64,000 nt of DNA from positions 1 to 64,000 of the IMG/VR virus record IMGVR_UViG_3300010885_049871. One strand, given 5' to 3'. The notes beneath the pieces were generated by a model, which was given only the letters and a program-made list of their open reading frames with translations, did no database searches and had not been told where the DNA came from. Below, one piece after another: positions 1 through 8,601 of this stretch; the first letter of the stretch is position 1; each line of letters begins with the position of its first letter. This stretch comes from a virus. The position numbers were made by a program, and so were the translations under genes.

Positions 1-254
1 ATAATGAGATTGTAGTTTCCTACGCGGAGGCGGTTGACCGGTACCCCCTACTCAAGCTTCACATATCAACGGAACCCTAGTAACCCGATCAAGATCCAAG
101 TCCTATAAGCAGGGGTTGTATCTGTTTCACAGAGCCCCGACCATTTGTTGCCTTAAGTTAGCAATTGCCTTTGACGTCCAAGTCCAGACCGGGTATCTCA
201 CCGTTCTTCAATGGAGCCGAATCAAACATTCGGCACAGTGTCGTTTGTGTTGCC
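1..254 (-). ncRNA. Candidate structured non-coding RNA downstream of the GIY-YIG gene (3' part runs off the window)
   Basis: No ORF >=60 aa. Minus-strand hairpins: GCCGAAT-N5-ATTCGGC (216-234); TCTGT-GAA-ACAGA (121-133) inside GGGG/CCCC (112-138); GGGGG..CGGT-CA-ACCG-CCTCC (26-48, G-U pair favours - strand); GTAG-GAAA-CTAC GNRA tetraloop (12-23). Family not recognised. Confidence 0.55.
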
Positions 255-683
255 TTAAATTTTGTTTATAATGTGTGAGCCGTGAACTCTAACTGAGATC
301 TGGCCATTGTAATAATCTGTGGATTCTAATACCTTGCGATTGAACTGTTCTCTAGCTTCAATGTAACTGCATTGTGCTTTTGATGTGCAATAGTAAAGTA
401 TCTCTCTGGTGAAGTTTTCGGTGCCTAAGGTGTTGACATCAACAGTTAGATTTTCGCTTGAACCGTAGTACTCGCGCCAATCACTGTCAATTTTGGTTCT
501 AATTTTCTTTTTTTTCTTGATGCCGTTTTTTTGCTTGACTGTTTTGTAAGTGGTTTTTGAAAATTTAGCTAGTTTTTTGCCTATGTACTTGCGACCAGAA
601 AGATTATTGGTGATCAGGTAAACAAATCCTATGCATTCTTCTGGCAGTGTCTCAACTGGAGTGTTTTGATAAAGCCATGTCAT
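255..683 (-). CDS. Small GIY-YIG family endonuclease (Seg-like)
   Basis: GFVYLITN..GRKYIGKK (GIY/YIG), downstream YYGSS and FTREIL...YIEAREQ...YYN; Lys-rich insertion KQKNGIKKKKKIR. Confidence 0.8.
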   Translation of the reverse strand: MTWLYQNTPVETLPEECIGFVYLITNNLSGRKYIGKKLAKFSKTTYKTVKQKNGIKKKKKIRTKIDSDWREYYGSSENLTVDVNTLGTENFTREILYYCTSKAQCSYIEAREQFNRKVLESTDYYNGQISVRVHGSHIINKI

Positions 684-763
684 GCGGAATCTGTTGTATT
701 ACCTTTGCTGTATAGTTATGCCTTAAAGTGTTTTAGTGTATATTTTGATGACAATTGAAAATT

Positions 764-2527
764 TTATGCTAACTCAACATCTGTGTTATAGCTAGTAAAG
801 CCGTTTTCTTTTACCACTTTGAGAATATTCTCAACGCGGCCAGCCAGTTCGTCTCTATGACTCACTAGCCAAATACTCTTGTGACGTTCTCGACTCATGT
901 GTTTGAGCAAGGCCAAACTGTTTTCAACACCTTGTGTGTCCATTCCAGAATCAATCATCTCGTCAATGAACAACACATTAATTGGTTGATACAAACTTTC
1001 ATACACATCACGGAATGCCCAACTCATACTGAGTATGAGCCTGTTGCGTTCACCGCGGCTTAGATTATCAAAGTCCAGCTCACGCCCCAATTCTTCAATA
1101 CTCACGCTCAAGTCATTCTGGAACACCACTGTGTGCGGCAATCCAATACGATCAAGATAGTGCGTGAGTCGTGTATTCAAGTAGCTTAAATTTTGCTCAA
1201 TGATTTTTTTACGAATAAAACTGTCTTTGCTGGTCAACAGCTTTAACAAAAACTCTTGATGTTCTTGCAGTCGTGTAAATTCATTCACAGTGTCGTAACT
1301 GACTTCTTGCAGAGCTTGAGCTTGCATTTCTTCAATTTGTTCGTCATACGGATCAGCTTCGGCAGATCTTGTGGCCAGACTTTTTTGCAAACTGTCTACA
1401 GAATTTTTATGATTCAGTGCATCTTCCAGTGTGTCATAAAACACCGTGGGTGCCTTGCCCAACTCGCCAAGTTCTTTCAACGTGGTTTGATGCTCTGTAC
1501 GCTGATTGTCATTGGTCAACAGTTGCAGCGCCGCTTCCTGCAACGAATTTTGTTTGCCCGAGCGAATTTCATCTTGCTTGGTGTCGTGAATGTCGGAGCC
1601 GCAGGCATAGCACTTGTGATTGTCCAAGGATGCAATTTCTTCAGTCAACTTGGTTTTGGTCTTGATCAGTTTGACATCGTCCGCGTCAATACTGCGTAGC
1701 CATCTGGTGGCCTCATCAATTGCGGTCTTGCGCTGATGAAACACTGCCAGTTCTCGATGAGCACTGACTTCTAGATCAGTGTTGATGTGCTCGAGATCTG
1801 CAATGGCCTGTGTGTACTGTGCTACATCTTCTGCTCGTTTGGCATTCCACAGTCGTTGTCGTTTGCGCAGGCTTTCAATCTGTTCTTCAATTCGCTTGTT
1901 GGCCTCTTGCACAGCTCGTATACGGAATTCTTCTTGAGTTAGAGAATCTTTGGTTTCGCGATTGAGTTCTTTGATACGATCTGCTCGCTCACTCAGCATG
2001 GTAATACCCAGCAGTTGTTCAATAATTGTTCGTTGATCGTTGGCTTTCAAACTCAAAAACGGTTCGGTGTAGGTGTTCAACGCCAAAATATGTTTGAACA
2101 TGTCGTGACTAAGTCCAAGGGTGCTTTCAATGGCCTGTTGAGTTTCTCGACTGTCGCCTTGCGCATTGTCTGTGGATTCTTGTTCTTGATTGTTGATATA
2201 AAATCTCAGCACATTGGGTTTGCGCCCACGCTCAATTTTATATTCTTTGCCACCTACACCAAACTCCAGGCTAACCAACATGTTTTTAGCATTGGTTTTA
2301 TTGACCAGGTTGTCTTTGCGGATATTGCTGAGTGCTGTTCCATACAGGCTGTAGCTAAGAGCATTGATGATGGTGGTCTTGCCTGTGCCATTGCGACTGC
2401 CGTCACCACCTAGGTCCAAGTTCTCACCTAACACAAGTGTAAGATCTTTTCGATCAAAATCAATGGCCTGAGTGCTGTTGCCCACACTCATGAAGTTTTT
2501 CACGGTTAAATTTCGTATATGGATCAT
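764..2527 (-). CDS. gp46: Recombination endonuclease ATPase subunit, T4 gp46 / Rad50 / SbcC family
   Basis: Walker A NGTGKTT, coiled coil with zinc hook CYAC, signature LSRGE, Walker B LFIDE, H-loop VSH; adjacent to gp47. Confidence 0.95.
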   Translation of the reverse strand: MIHIRNLTVKNFMSVGNSTQAIDFDRKDLTLVLGENLDLGGDGSRNGTGKTTIINALSYSLYGTALSNIRKDNLVNKTNAKNMLVSLEFGVGGKEYKIERGRKPNVLRFYINNQEQESTDNAQGDSRETQQAIESTLGLSHDMFKHILALNTYTEPFLSLKANDQRTIIEQLLGITMLSERADRIKELNRETKDSLTQEEFRIRAVQEANKRIEEQIESLRKRQRLWNAKRAEDVAQYTQAIADLEHINTDLEVSAHRELAVFHQRKTAIDEATRWLRSIDADDVKLIKTKTKLTEEIASLDNHKCYACGSDIHDTKQDEIRSGKQNSLQEAALQLLTNDNQRTEHQTTLKELGELGKAPTVFYDTLEDALNHKNSVDSLQKSLATRSAEADPYDEQIEEMQAQALQEVSYDTVNEFTRLQEHQEFLLKLLTSKDSFIRKKIIEQNLSYLNTRLTHYLDRIGLPHTVVFQNDLSVSIEELGRELDFDNLSRGERNRLILSMSWAFRDVYESLYQPINVLFIDEMIDSGMDTQGVENSLALLKHMSRERHKSIWLVSHRDELAGRVENILKVVKENGFTSYNTDVELA

Positions 2528-3537
2528 AAATTTTGATAAATCTTCAGCAACAATTTGTTGTCGTAAAATTCACTTTCGATGTTGGTCAGCTGGTCGGTTA
2601 CAATTTGATCCACACTTTCAAATTTTACTTCGCCTGGCGCCATATCAGCATCTACTGCACTGCTCTTTACATTGATCAGGGCCATTTCTCTTAGATTGTA
2701 ATCTCGAACAAATGTTTCTTTGATAAAGTTTGCTTCTTCGTAACTGATGTCAATGTCCAATTCCACACGCACATGCATGTTGGCGGCCAACAGTTTAGGT
2801 GCTTGATCAATCACATTGCTCAATTTCATCACACGGTACAAGGGCTGCCCGGGCCATGCATGATATTCTGGCTCTTGTCCCCAGTTCAACACCATCATAC
2901 CACGGGCACTGTCTCCGGCATCGGCAAAATTGTGCGGAAAGCAGTTGCCGATGTAGTTGATATTTTTTTTCTGTTGTCGTAAATGAAAGTGTCCCGAAAA
3001 CACACTATCAAATCCACCAAAGCTTTCTACTTTGACTTCGCCGTGATCCGGCATTTCGACCATGGCATTCATTTTAAAGTGTGGAAGTTCAAAGTGGCCG
3101 AACATGTACTTAGCCGTCATTTTTGGAATGCGTTTGTGATCATCGCCCACCAGCCACGGAGCAATGATCACATCACCTTGTTGGAACCAGTCGTTGCATA
3201 CCACAATGTTTGGCAAATGACGAGCCCATTCGACGCCGTGTATGTTGCGCCGGTCGCGATAGTACAGGTCGTGATTGCCGGGAATAAAATAAAACTGTTC
3301 AAATGCTGCGGACAGCTTTTCCAAACTGCGCAGACTGAAGTTCAGTGTTTGTAAATTGATACTGGCTCGGTGATGGTGCCAGTCGCCCAGAAACATTCCA
3401 GTTTCACAACCTTGCTCCTGTGCAGTTTCGATAAACCAATCGATAAACTGTTCACAGTCTTGATTGTGAACCAGGCTATTGGATTTGAGTCCAAAATGTA
3501 TGTCTGTGCAAACAGCAACTTTTTTAAATAGATTCAT
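2524..3537 (-). CDS. gp47: Recombination endonuclease nuclease subunit, T4 gp47 / Mre11 / SbcD family
   Basis: Metallophosphoesterase motifs DIHFG, GDWHH, GNHD, GHFE, SGHFH. Start moved to ATG at 3537 (MNLFKK); the ORF track extends to 3582. Confidence 0.93.
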   Translation of the reverse strand: MNLFKKVAVCTDIHFGLKSNSLVHNQDCEQFIDWFIETAQEQGCETGMFLGDWHHHRASINLQTLNFSLRSLEKLSAAFEQFYFIPGNHDLYYRDRRNIHGVEWARHLPNIVVCNDWFQQGDVIIAPWLVGDDHKRIPKMTAKYMFGHFELPHFKMNAMVEMPDHGEVKVESFGGFDSVFSGHFHLRQQKKNINYIGNCFPHNFADAGDSARGMMVLNWGQEPEYHAWPGQPLYRVMKLSNVIDQAPKLLAANMHVRVELDIDISYEEANFIKETFVRDYNLREMALINVKSSAVDADMAPGEVKFESVDQIVTDQLTNIESEFYDNKLLLKIYQNL

Positions 3538-3544
3538 ATCAGCT

Positions 3545-3574
3545 ATTGTAACACATGCCTGTAGGCATGTGCAA
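3545..3574 (-). promoter_or_regulatory. Sigma70-type promoter for gp47 containing an operator-like palindrome
   Basis: Minus strand TTGCAC-N18-TACAAT with extended TGn; perfect inverted repeat CACATGCCT-gt-AGGCATGTG (3552-3571); ATG 7 nt after the -10. Confidence 0.5.
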
Positions 3575-3596
3575 TCGGGCATTCAGCCAAACTAGA

Positions 3597-4586
3597 TTAT
3601 TCGACTGTGGTTGATTCAGCCGCGGGCTCCACAGCTGGTCGATCAACAATGTAAGTGGTGATGGTAACAGGACCACTCAGTTGCGCCATACTGGGCCGAC
3701 CAGCATTTTGTCTTGTCCACGACGGGCTTAGTCCATTGATTTCCAAAATGTCATCGCGAATGTTTTGACTCTTCTTTTCCAAATTCAAGATGCGAGTAAA
3801 GCTATTGGTAATGGCAGCAGTGTAGTAGGCAAATGGATTTTGACTTTTGCTTTCGTCAAACTGTAGTCCAATTTGACTCAGTTGCAACAGAGCCTGGCCG
3901 CGCATTTCTTCGTTGTAGGTGTAGCCGCGCCAGTTTGATCTGGTGGCATAGCGTTCACACAGCTTCATAAACATGTGTGCAAGTTTGCGTGTCATGTCGC
4001 CATGATCCTTGGAAAACTCTCCGGTTTCAAGATTGCCTTTCCAATGACTACGGCCCACAAGATATTTTTCTTTGGCATCATTTAGTCGCCAGTGTTCAAA
4101 TGGTGGAAAGTTCAGTCGCTGCCGAACCGGATTCAACAGCACATCATCCAACAACTCGTCCAAGGAATCATCAATGGGCTCGTCTTCAAATTGCAGTAGA
4201 TCTTCTAGTTTTTGTTTTTTCTTTTGTTCTGATTTTGGAATTTTTTTCTCTGCCATTGGAATATGATCCCAGCAGCTGATACGAAACACCAAATCAGTAT
4301 TGGGGATTTTCACAGGGTCGACTATAGTGCCGGTTCGTTTGAGACGGTCAGCACGATTTCTGCGAGCTTCGGCAATGGTACGCTGATTGATCTTGTCCAA
4401 GCTGGGCAGAATAATGTCGTATTGACTGTCTGCATCGGGATTGACATAGTAGCAGTAGGTGTTTTTGCTAGCGTGAATTTCTTTTAAAATGTCTCTGTTG
4501 TTGAGATAATTTACTTTTGGTGCTATCGGAGTCGATGATATTGATTTGGTAGAATCCAAGTTGGATATAGTGCGTTTTGTTGCCAC
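3597..4586 (-). CDS. gp55: T4 gp55-like sigma factor for late transcription, with N-terminal extension
   Basis: NYLNNRDIL near N-terminus; NWRGYTYNEEM..ALLQ...FDESKSQNPFAYYT..I.NSF.R.LN.EKK gp55 core; gp55-47-46 synteny as in T4-like phages; GTG start after GAGGAG. Confidence 0.88.
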   Translation of the reverse strand: MATKRTISNLDSTKSISSTPIAPKVNYLNNRDILKEIHASKNTYCYYVNPDADSQYDIILPSLDKINQRTIAEARRNRADRLKRTGTIVDPVKIPNTDLVFRISCWDHIPMAEKKIPKSEQKKKQKLEDLLQFEDEPIDDSLDELLDDVLLNPVRQRLNFPPFEHWRLNDAKEKYLVGRSHWKGNLETGEFSKDHGDMTRKLAHMFMKLCERYATRSNWRGYTYNEEMRGQALLQLSQIGLQFDESKSQNPFAYYTAAITNSFTRILNLEKKSQNIRDDILEINGLSPSWTRQNAGRPSMAQLSGPVTITTYIVDRPAVEPAAESTTVE

Positions 4587-4612
4587 AGGCAGTGTCTCCT
4601 CGTAATATATTT

Positions 4613-4640
4613 ATTATAACATGGTTTACCGTGTTGTCAA
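4613..4640 (-). promoter_or_regulatory. Consensus sigma70 promoter upstream of gp55
   Basis: Minus strand TTGACA-N16-TATAAT with extended -10 TGn. Confidence 0.75.
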
Positions 4641-4674
4641 CCTTTATCATTATGTGCCCAGTTTATTTTCACAA

Positions 4675-4680
4675 TAAATA
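4675..4680 (+). promoter_or_regulatory. T4-like late promoter core (TAAATA)
   Basis: ATAAATA 20 nt upstream of the first structural gene; same hexamer recurs before other structural genes. Confidence 0.65.
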
Positions 4681-4700
4681 AGGTACAGGAACCAATAATT

Positions 4701-6836
4701 ATGGCATACGATCCAGCAAAAGCAGCACTGTATAACAAACTTCGTCAACAAGGAATAAGCGAAAACGCCGCCGCCGATCAAGCAGGAATACCGGCAGACA
4801 GTGCAGATTATGTATTCACTGGCAAATACAATGCTGACGGAACATTGAATCCAAACCCCGGTACCTTGGGTGCTGACGTACAAGGATCCGCAAAAGTTGC
4901 CGGTGTTGATTATGATCGGCCAACCGCAGCCGAAGCTGCGGTAGATGCCAGGGCGGCCCGAGCCGAAGCTGCAGACAATGCCAGGTTTGACCAAGGACTG
5001 CAATCACCGTCAAACTTTGAACAAGTTGATTTTCAGGTAGCGGCCAAAAATCCGCCTAGCACAGTAACACCAATCAATTATACTACCACCAGTACAGAAA
5101 CTGTGAGTGGTGGCGGATCAACCACAGTCACTGCTGGCGCCAGAACTCCCAATGCAGCCAGTGCATCATTACAACCGGCAATTGATGCAAAACAAGCTGA
5201 ACAAACGCAATTTATTAAAGATAATCCCAGTGACTTTGCTAGAAAAAAACAAGGTCTTCCGCCTCTCAGTCCTGAAGAAAGTCAGGAGCGACGAGAAAAA
5301 CTGCTCCAACTGTCGGCTGAAAAAGAAGAACTTACACTAAAACAACAAAATGCTGAATCATCAACGCCGCCAACAGTAACCACGGTTCCTAATACCACAA
5401 CAACTACCGAAACAGTTACCTCAGGAACCACCAGTGTCAATTCTGCAGTTGACTTTAACAATGATCAACAATTGTCACAACAAACCGAAGGGCAGATAGA
5501 TGCTCAAGGCCGTGCGCCCAACGCATCCACGGCTCGATCAGCTACACCAGTTGCTGCTCAAACAACAGTGGACGAAAATGGCCAGATAGTGCCAGTTCCC
5601 ACTGCTGCTCCAGTGTCCACAGAAACCACAGTGAACGAGTTTGGCCAAGTGGTGCCGGCCCCTACACCAGTTGTTGCACCAACTGATCCAGCCATTGCAC
5701 AAACCACTGTAGACGAATTTGGCAATATAGTTCCAGTCCCCACACCTGCTCCAGTGTCCACACAGACCACTGTGGACGAATTTGGCAATATAGTTCCAGT
5801 TGCCACACCCTCGCCAGTGTCCACACAAACCACAGTGGACGAATTTGGCAATATAGTTCCTGTTGCTACGCCTGCTCCGGTGTCCACACAGACCACTGTG
5901 GACGAATTTGGCAATATAGTTCCTGTTGCTACTGCTGCTGCTGATACTGCACAAGAAGCTGCTGCTCGGCAAGCAGCCACACTGGATAAAGCACGAGCAC
6001 AAAATACCATTGCCAATCAACGCAGCAACAAAAACAATGCTGACTGGCGTGTCAAACTACGTCTGGCACCCTTGGCTGATTACCTGTACATGGCCAAACC
6101 ACCAGGAATTCTAGCGCCCTTGGCACCGGATGGTGTGATATTCCCCTACACACCTACAATACAGACCAGTTACAAGGCCACTTATGCCACCACGGACATC
6201 ACACATTCCAACTATAGAGGATATTTTTATCAAGGCAGTGCAGTTGAGCCATTCACCATAAGTTCTACATTCACAGCACAGAGCACAGCCGAAGCTGAAT
6301 ACCTGCTGGCTGTGATACACTTTTTTAAATCTGTTACCAAAATGTTCTACGGACAAGATCCGCAGCGCGGAACACCGCCACCCTTGGTGTATCTGACTGG
6401 CTTAGGTGAGTTTCAATTCAACGAACATCCCTGTGTGGTCAGTGGTTTCACATATGACCTGCCAGCCGATGTGGATTATATTCGTGCATACAGTCCCAAT
6501 GTAAATAACAGCAACATGCTACAACAACGCCAATCAAACAATTCAACTGGCCCTGGCACATCCTGGGGCAATGGCATACTGGGCGGTGTGTTGGGCGGTG
6601 CAGTGAATAGACTGGCATCGTCCAAACTGTTCAATGGTCAACCACTACCAAAAGGTGGCCAAAATATTCCGCCAGCACCGCAGACATTAGGATCAAACAC
6701 AATTCCCACATATGTGCCAACCAAGATGACCATAGCAGTTTCGTTGCTGCCAGTGGTCAGTCGTCAAGCACAGAGTCAACGCTTCAGTGTACGGCAGTAC
6801 GCCACCGGTGACCTGCAAAAAGGAGGAATGTGGTAA
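4701..6836 (+). CDS. Baseplate / tail-tube initiator-like protein (gp48/gp54-type C-terminal domain) with low-complexity N-terminal half
   Basis: C-terminal DWRVKL...GVIFPYTPTI...THSNY...FFKSVTKMFYG...GTPPPLVYL.G.G...F...PCVV..F.Y.LP.DVDYI resembles contractile-tail tube-initiator proteins; precedes the gp53-like gene. Confidence 0.6.
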   Translation: MAYDPAKAALYNKLRQQGISENAAADQAGIPADSADYVFTGKYNADGTLNPNPGTLGADVQGSAKVAGVDYDRPTAAEAAVDARAARAEAADNARFDQGLQSPSNFEQVDFQVAAKNPPSTVTPINYTTTSTETVSGGGSTTVTAGARTPNAASASLQPAIDAKQAEQTQFIKDNPSDFARKKQGLPPLSPEESQERREKLLQLSAEKEELTLKQQNAESSTPPTVTTVPNTTTTTETVTSGTTSVNSAVDFNNDQQLSQQTEGQIDAQGRAPNASTARSATPVAAQTTVDENGQIVPVPTAAPVSTETTVNEFGQVVPAPTPVVAPTDPAIAQTTVDEFGNIVPVPTPAPVSTQTTVDEFGNIVPVATPSPVSTQTTVDEFGNIVPVATPAPVSTQTTVDEFGNIVPVATAAADTAQEAAARQAATLDKARAQNTIANQRSNKNNADWRVKLRLAPLADYLYMAKPPGILAPLAPDGVIFPYTPTIQTSYKATYATTDITHSNYRGYFYQGSAVEPFTISSTFTAQSTAEAEYLLAVIHFFKSVTKMFYGQDPQRGTPPPLVYLTGLGEFQFNEHPCVVSGFTYDLPADVDYIRAYSPNVNNSNMLQQRQSNNSTGPGTSWGNGILGGVLGGAVNRLASSKLFNGQPLPKGGQNIPPAPQTLGSNTIPTYVPTKMTIAVSLLPVVSRQAQSQRFSVRQYATGDLQKGGMW
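5559..5932 (+). repeat. Coding tandem repeat, six copies of a 63-nt / 21-aa unit (QTTVDEFGNIVPVxTPAPVST)
   Basis: GACGAATTTGGCAATATAGTTCC at 5712, 5775, 5838, 5901 (63-nt period); diverged copies at 5571 and 5634; differences mostly at wobble positions. Confidence 0.95.
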
Positions 6837-7135
6837 TGGCAACTTATAATTCAACCAGTCCATATGCAACCACTGGCTACAGTCAGTTCTTTTTAGACAC
6901 CATGGTCAATAGACCAATTCCCTCACAGTCCGACGATCTGGTGTTTACCATCAACCAAACTTATCAATACAGACCTGACCTCCTGGCATTTGACCTGTAC
7001 GACAATGGCGGCCTATGGTGGGTATTTTACCAACGCAACCCCAACACATTAACAAAACCACCATTGGATTTTGCAATGAATACCAATATCTATATTCCCA
7101 AACTAAGCACCTTAAGATCAGTGCTGGGATTTTAA
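6836..7135 (+). CDS. gp53: Baseplate wedge protein, gp53-like (LysM-like)
   Basis: YQYRPDLLAFDLY...LWWVFYQRN...IYIP motif; TAATG-coupled to upstream stop. Confidence 0.75.
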   Translation: MATYNSTSPYATTGYSQFFLDTMVNRPIPSQSDDLVFTINQTYQYRPDLLAFDLYDNGGLWWVFYQRNPNTLTKPPLDFAMNTNIYIPKLSTLRSVLGF

Positions 7136-7138
7136 TCA

Positions 7139-8599
7139 ATGGCAACAGCAGCAGAAATTGAACAACGACTGGCAGCAGCTCGCGCAGCCCTAGGTCCATT
7201 GGAAGCCAACCAAGGCGCTGTACTGCGTGAGATTGGCGTGCTGAGCGCCGAAAAGGCAGCTCTTAGAGCTGCCTCTCAGAAACTATATCAAGGTGGCGAT
7301 CAAGTTGGAGCAAAACTTCTACGCGAGCAAGAAGGCGCACTTGATAATAAGATTTACGAACTGTCACAAGGTCCGGCAACGCAGGCACTTGAGGCCGAAC
7401 AAGCAAGAATTCGAACTCTTGAAAATGATCTGTATGCGGCACAGCAAAAAGCAGAATTTGATGCAAAACAAACATCTGCCACTGCTACCGCCGAAGTAAA
7501 AGAATCCGCTGCCGGTGCCACACAAAATCCTGCACCACCTGCTGCCACTGTCAACCAAAGGCTGACAACAACTCAAGCTGCTGCCCTGACCGCCAACACA
7601 GACGCAGGAACCAACGCTCCTGTAAAGACTTTTGCGCAGACTCAGAGTGTACCGCCGCCTAACACCGGCAGCGCAGAAGGACGGCCTGGAGGTGCACCTG
7701 GTGCAGGCGCCGGCGAAGACAGCGGCCAGACAGCATCAAACACTCAACGAATTCTCAGCACATTCAACAAAACAAGATTTGTTCCCAAGAACAACATATT
7801 GGACCAGTATGCCAGTTACACATATAATATTGCTTGGTATTTGATGCCTCCAGAAGGATTAACTGCTTTGAAAGAAACTGGAAAACCCAATTATGCGTCT
7901 TACAGTTTGTTAATGCAAAGTGGCGGTGCTTCTACAACTCCTGTTGCAGGAATTGCCCGCAACAAATTTTTTGAATTGGATTATTACATTGACAATCTGG
8001 AAATTAAAAGTAAAATAACAGGAAAAGGCACCGCCAGCGCCAATAATGTATCAGACATATCATTCACTGTGACAGAAACAACAGGTATAACACTGATTGA
8101 TAATCTTTATAATGCAGTGAATAGTGTGTATAAAAGTTCCGGTCTTGCATATGTTTCTGCAATATATTTATTGGTCATACGATTTTACGGCTACGACGAA
8201 AATGGCAAGATAGTGCAGGCCAGCAATGGCGACAACAACAATGCACTGGTGGAAAAATTTATGCCATTCCAACTGGCTCAGTTAACTTTTTCTGTGGGAA
8301 ATAAACTGGTCGAATACTCAGTCAAGGCAAAACCATTGATATACAATGTGGGATTTGGATCTAATTTAGGAGTGGTGAAAAAACAAATTCAAATCACCGG
8401 CGCCACAGTAAAAGATTTATTGATGAATGGCATACCTGGTGCAGAAGTATCAGCTGATGACGGCAGAATTTCAGCTCCTCGGCCACCTGTCCCACCAGTG
8501 GCCACTGCTCCTGACGACACCGTTTTTACCAATGCTACCTATGACGCCCTGGGAAATTACACTGGCGACAGTGGCTCACCATTCCAAGGAGCAGCATAA
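7139..8599 (+). CDS. Putative baseplate hub protein, N-terminal part
   Basis: N.LDQYASYTYNI...YYIDNLEI...F.VTE..GITLIDNL...YLL.I.F.GYD; sits between gp53 and gp5; N-terminal coiled coil and Ala/Thr/Pro linker. Confidence 0.5.
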   Translation: MATAAEIEQRLAAARAALGPLEANQGAVLREIGVLSAEKAALRAASQKLYQGGDQVGAKLLREQEGALDNKIYELSQGPATQALEAEQARIRTLENDLYAAQQKAEFDAKQTSATATAEVKESAAGATQNPAPPAATVNQRLTTTQAAALTANTDAGTNAPVKTFAQTQSVPPPNTGSAEGRPGGAPGAGAGEDSGQTASNTQRILSTFNKTRFVPKNNILDQYASYTYNIAWYLMPPEGLTALKETGKPNYASYSLLMQSGGASTTPVAGIARNKFFELDYYIDNLEIKSKITGKGTASANNVSDISFTVTETTGITLIDNLYNAVNSVYKSSGLAYVSAIYLLVIRFYGYDENGKIVQASNGDNNNALVEKFMPFQLAQLTFSVGNKLVEYSVKAKPLIYNVGFGSNLGVVKKQIQITGATVKDLLMNGIPGAEVSADDGRISAPRPPVPPVATAPDDTVFTNATYDALGNYTGDSGSPFQGAA

Positions 8600-8601
8600 G
8601 C

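Noticed and set aside
1-254. tRNA or group I intron
   Set aside because: No cloverleaf or T-loop GTTC motif; no recognisable group I P7 core elements and no interrupted host gene visible.
5559-5932. Regularly spaced 23-nt repeats resembling a CRISPR array
   Set aside because: The spacers are also near-identical, the period is 63 nt in frame, variation is mostly at wobble positions, and there are no cas genes; it is a coding repeat.
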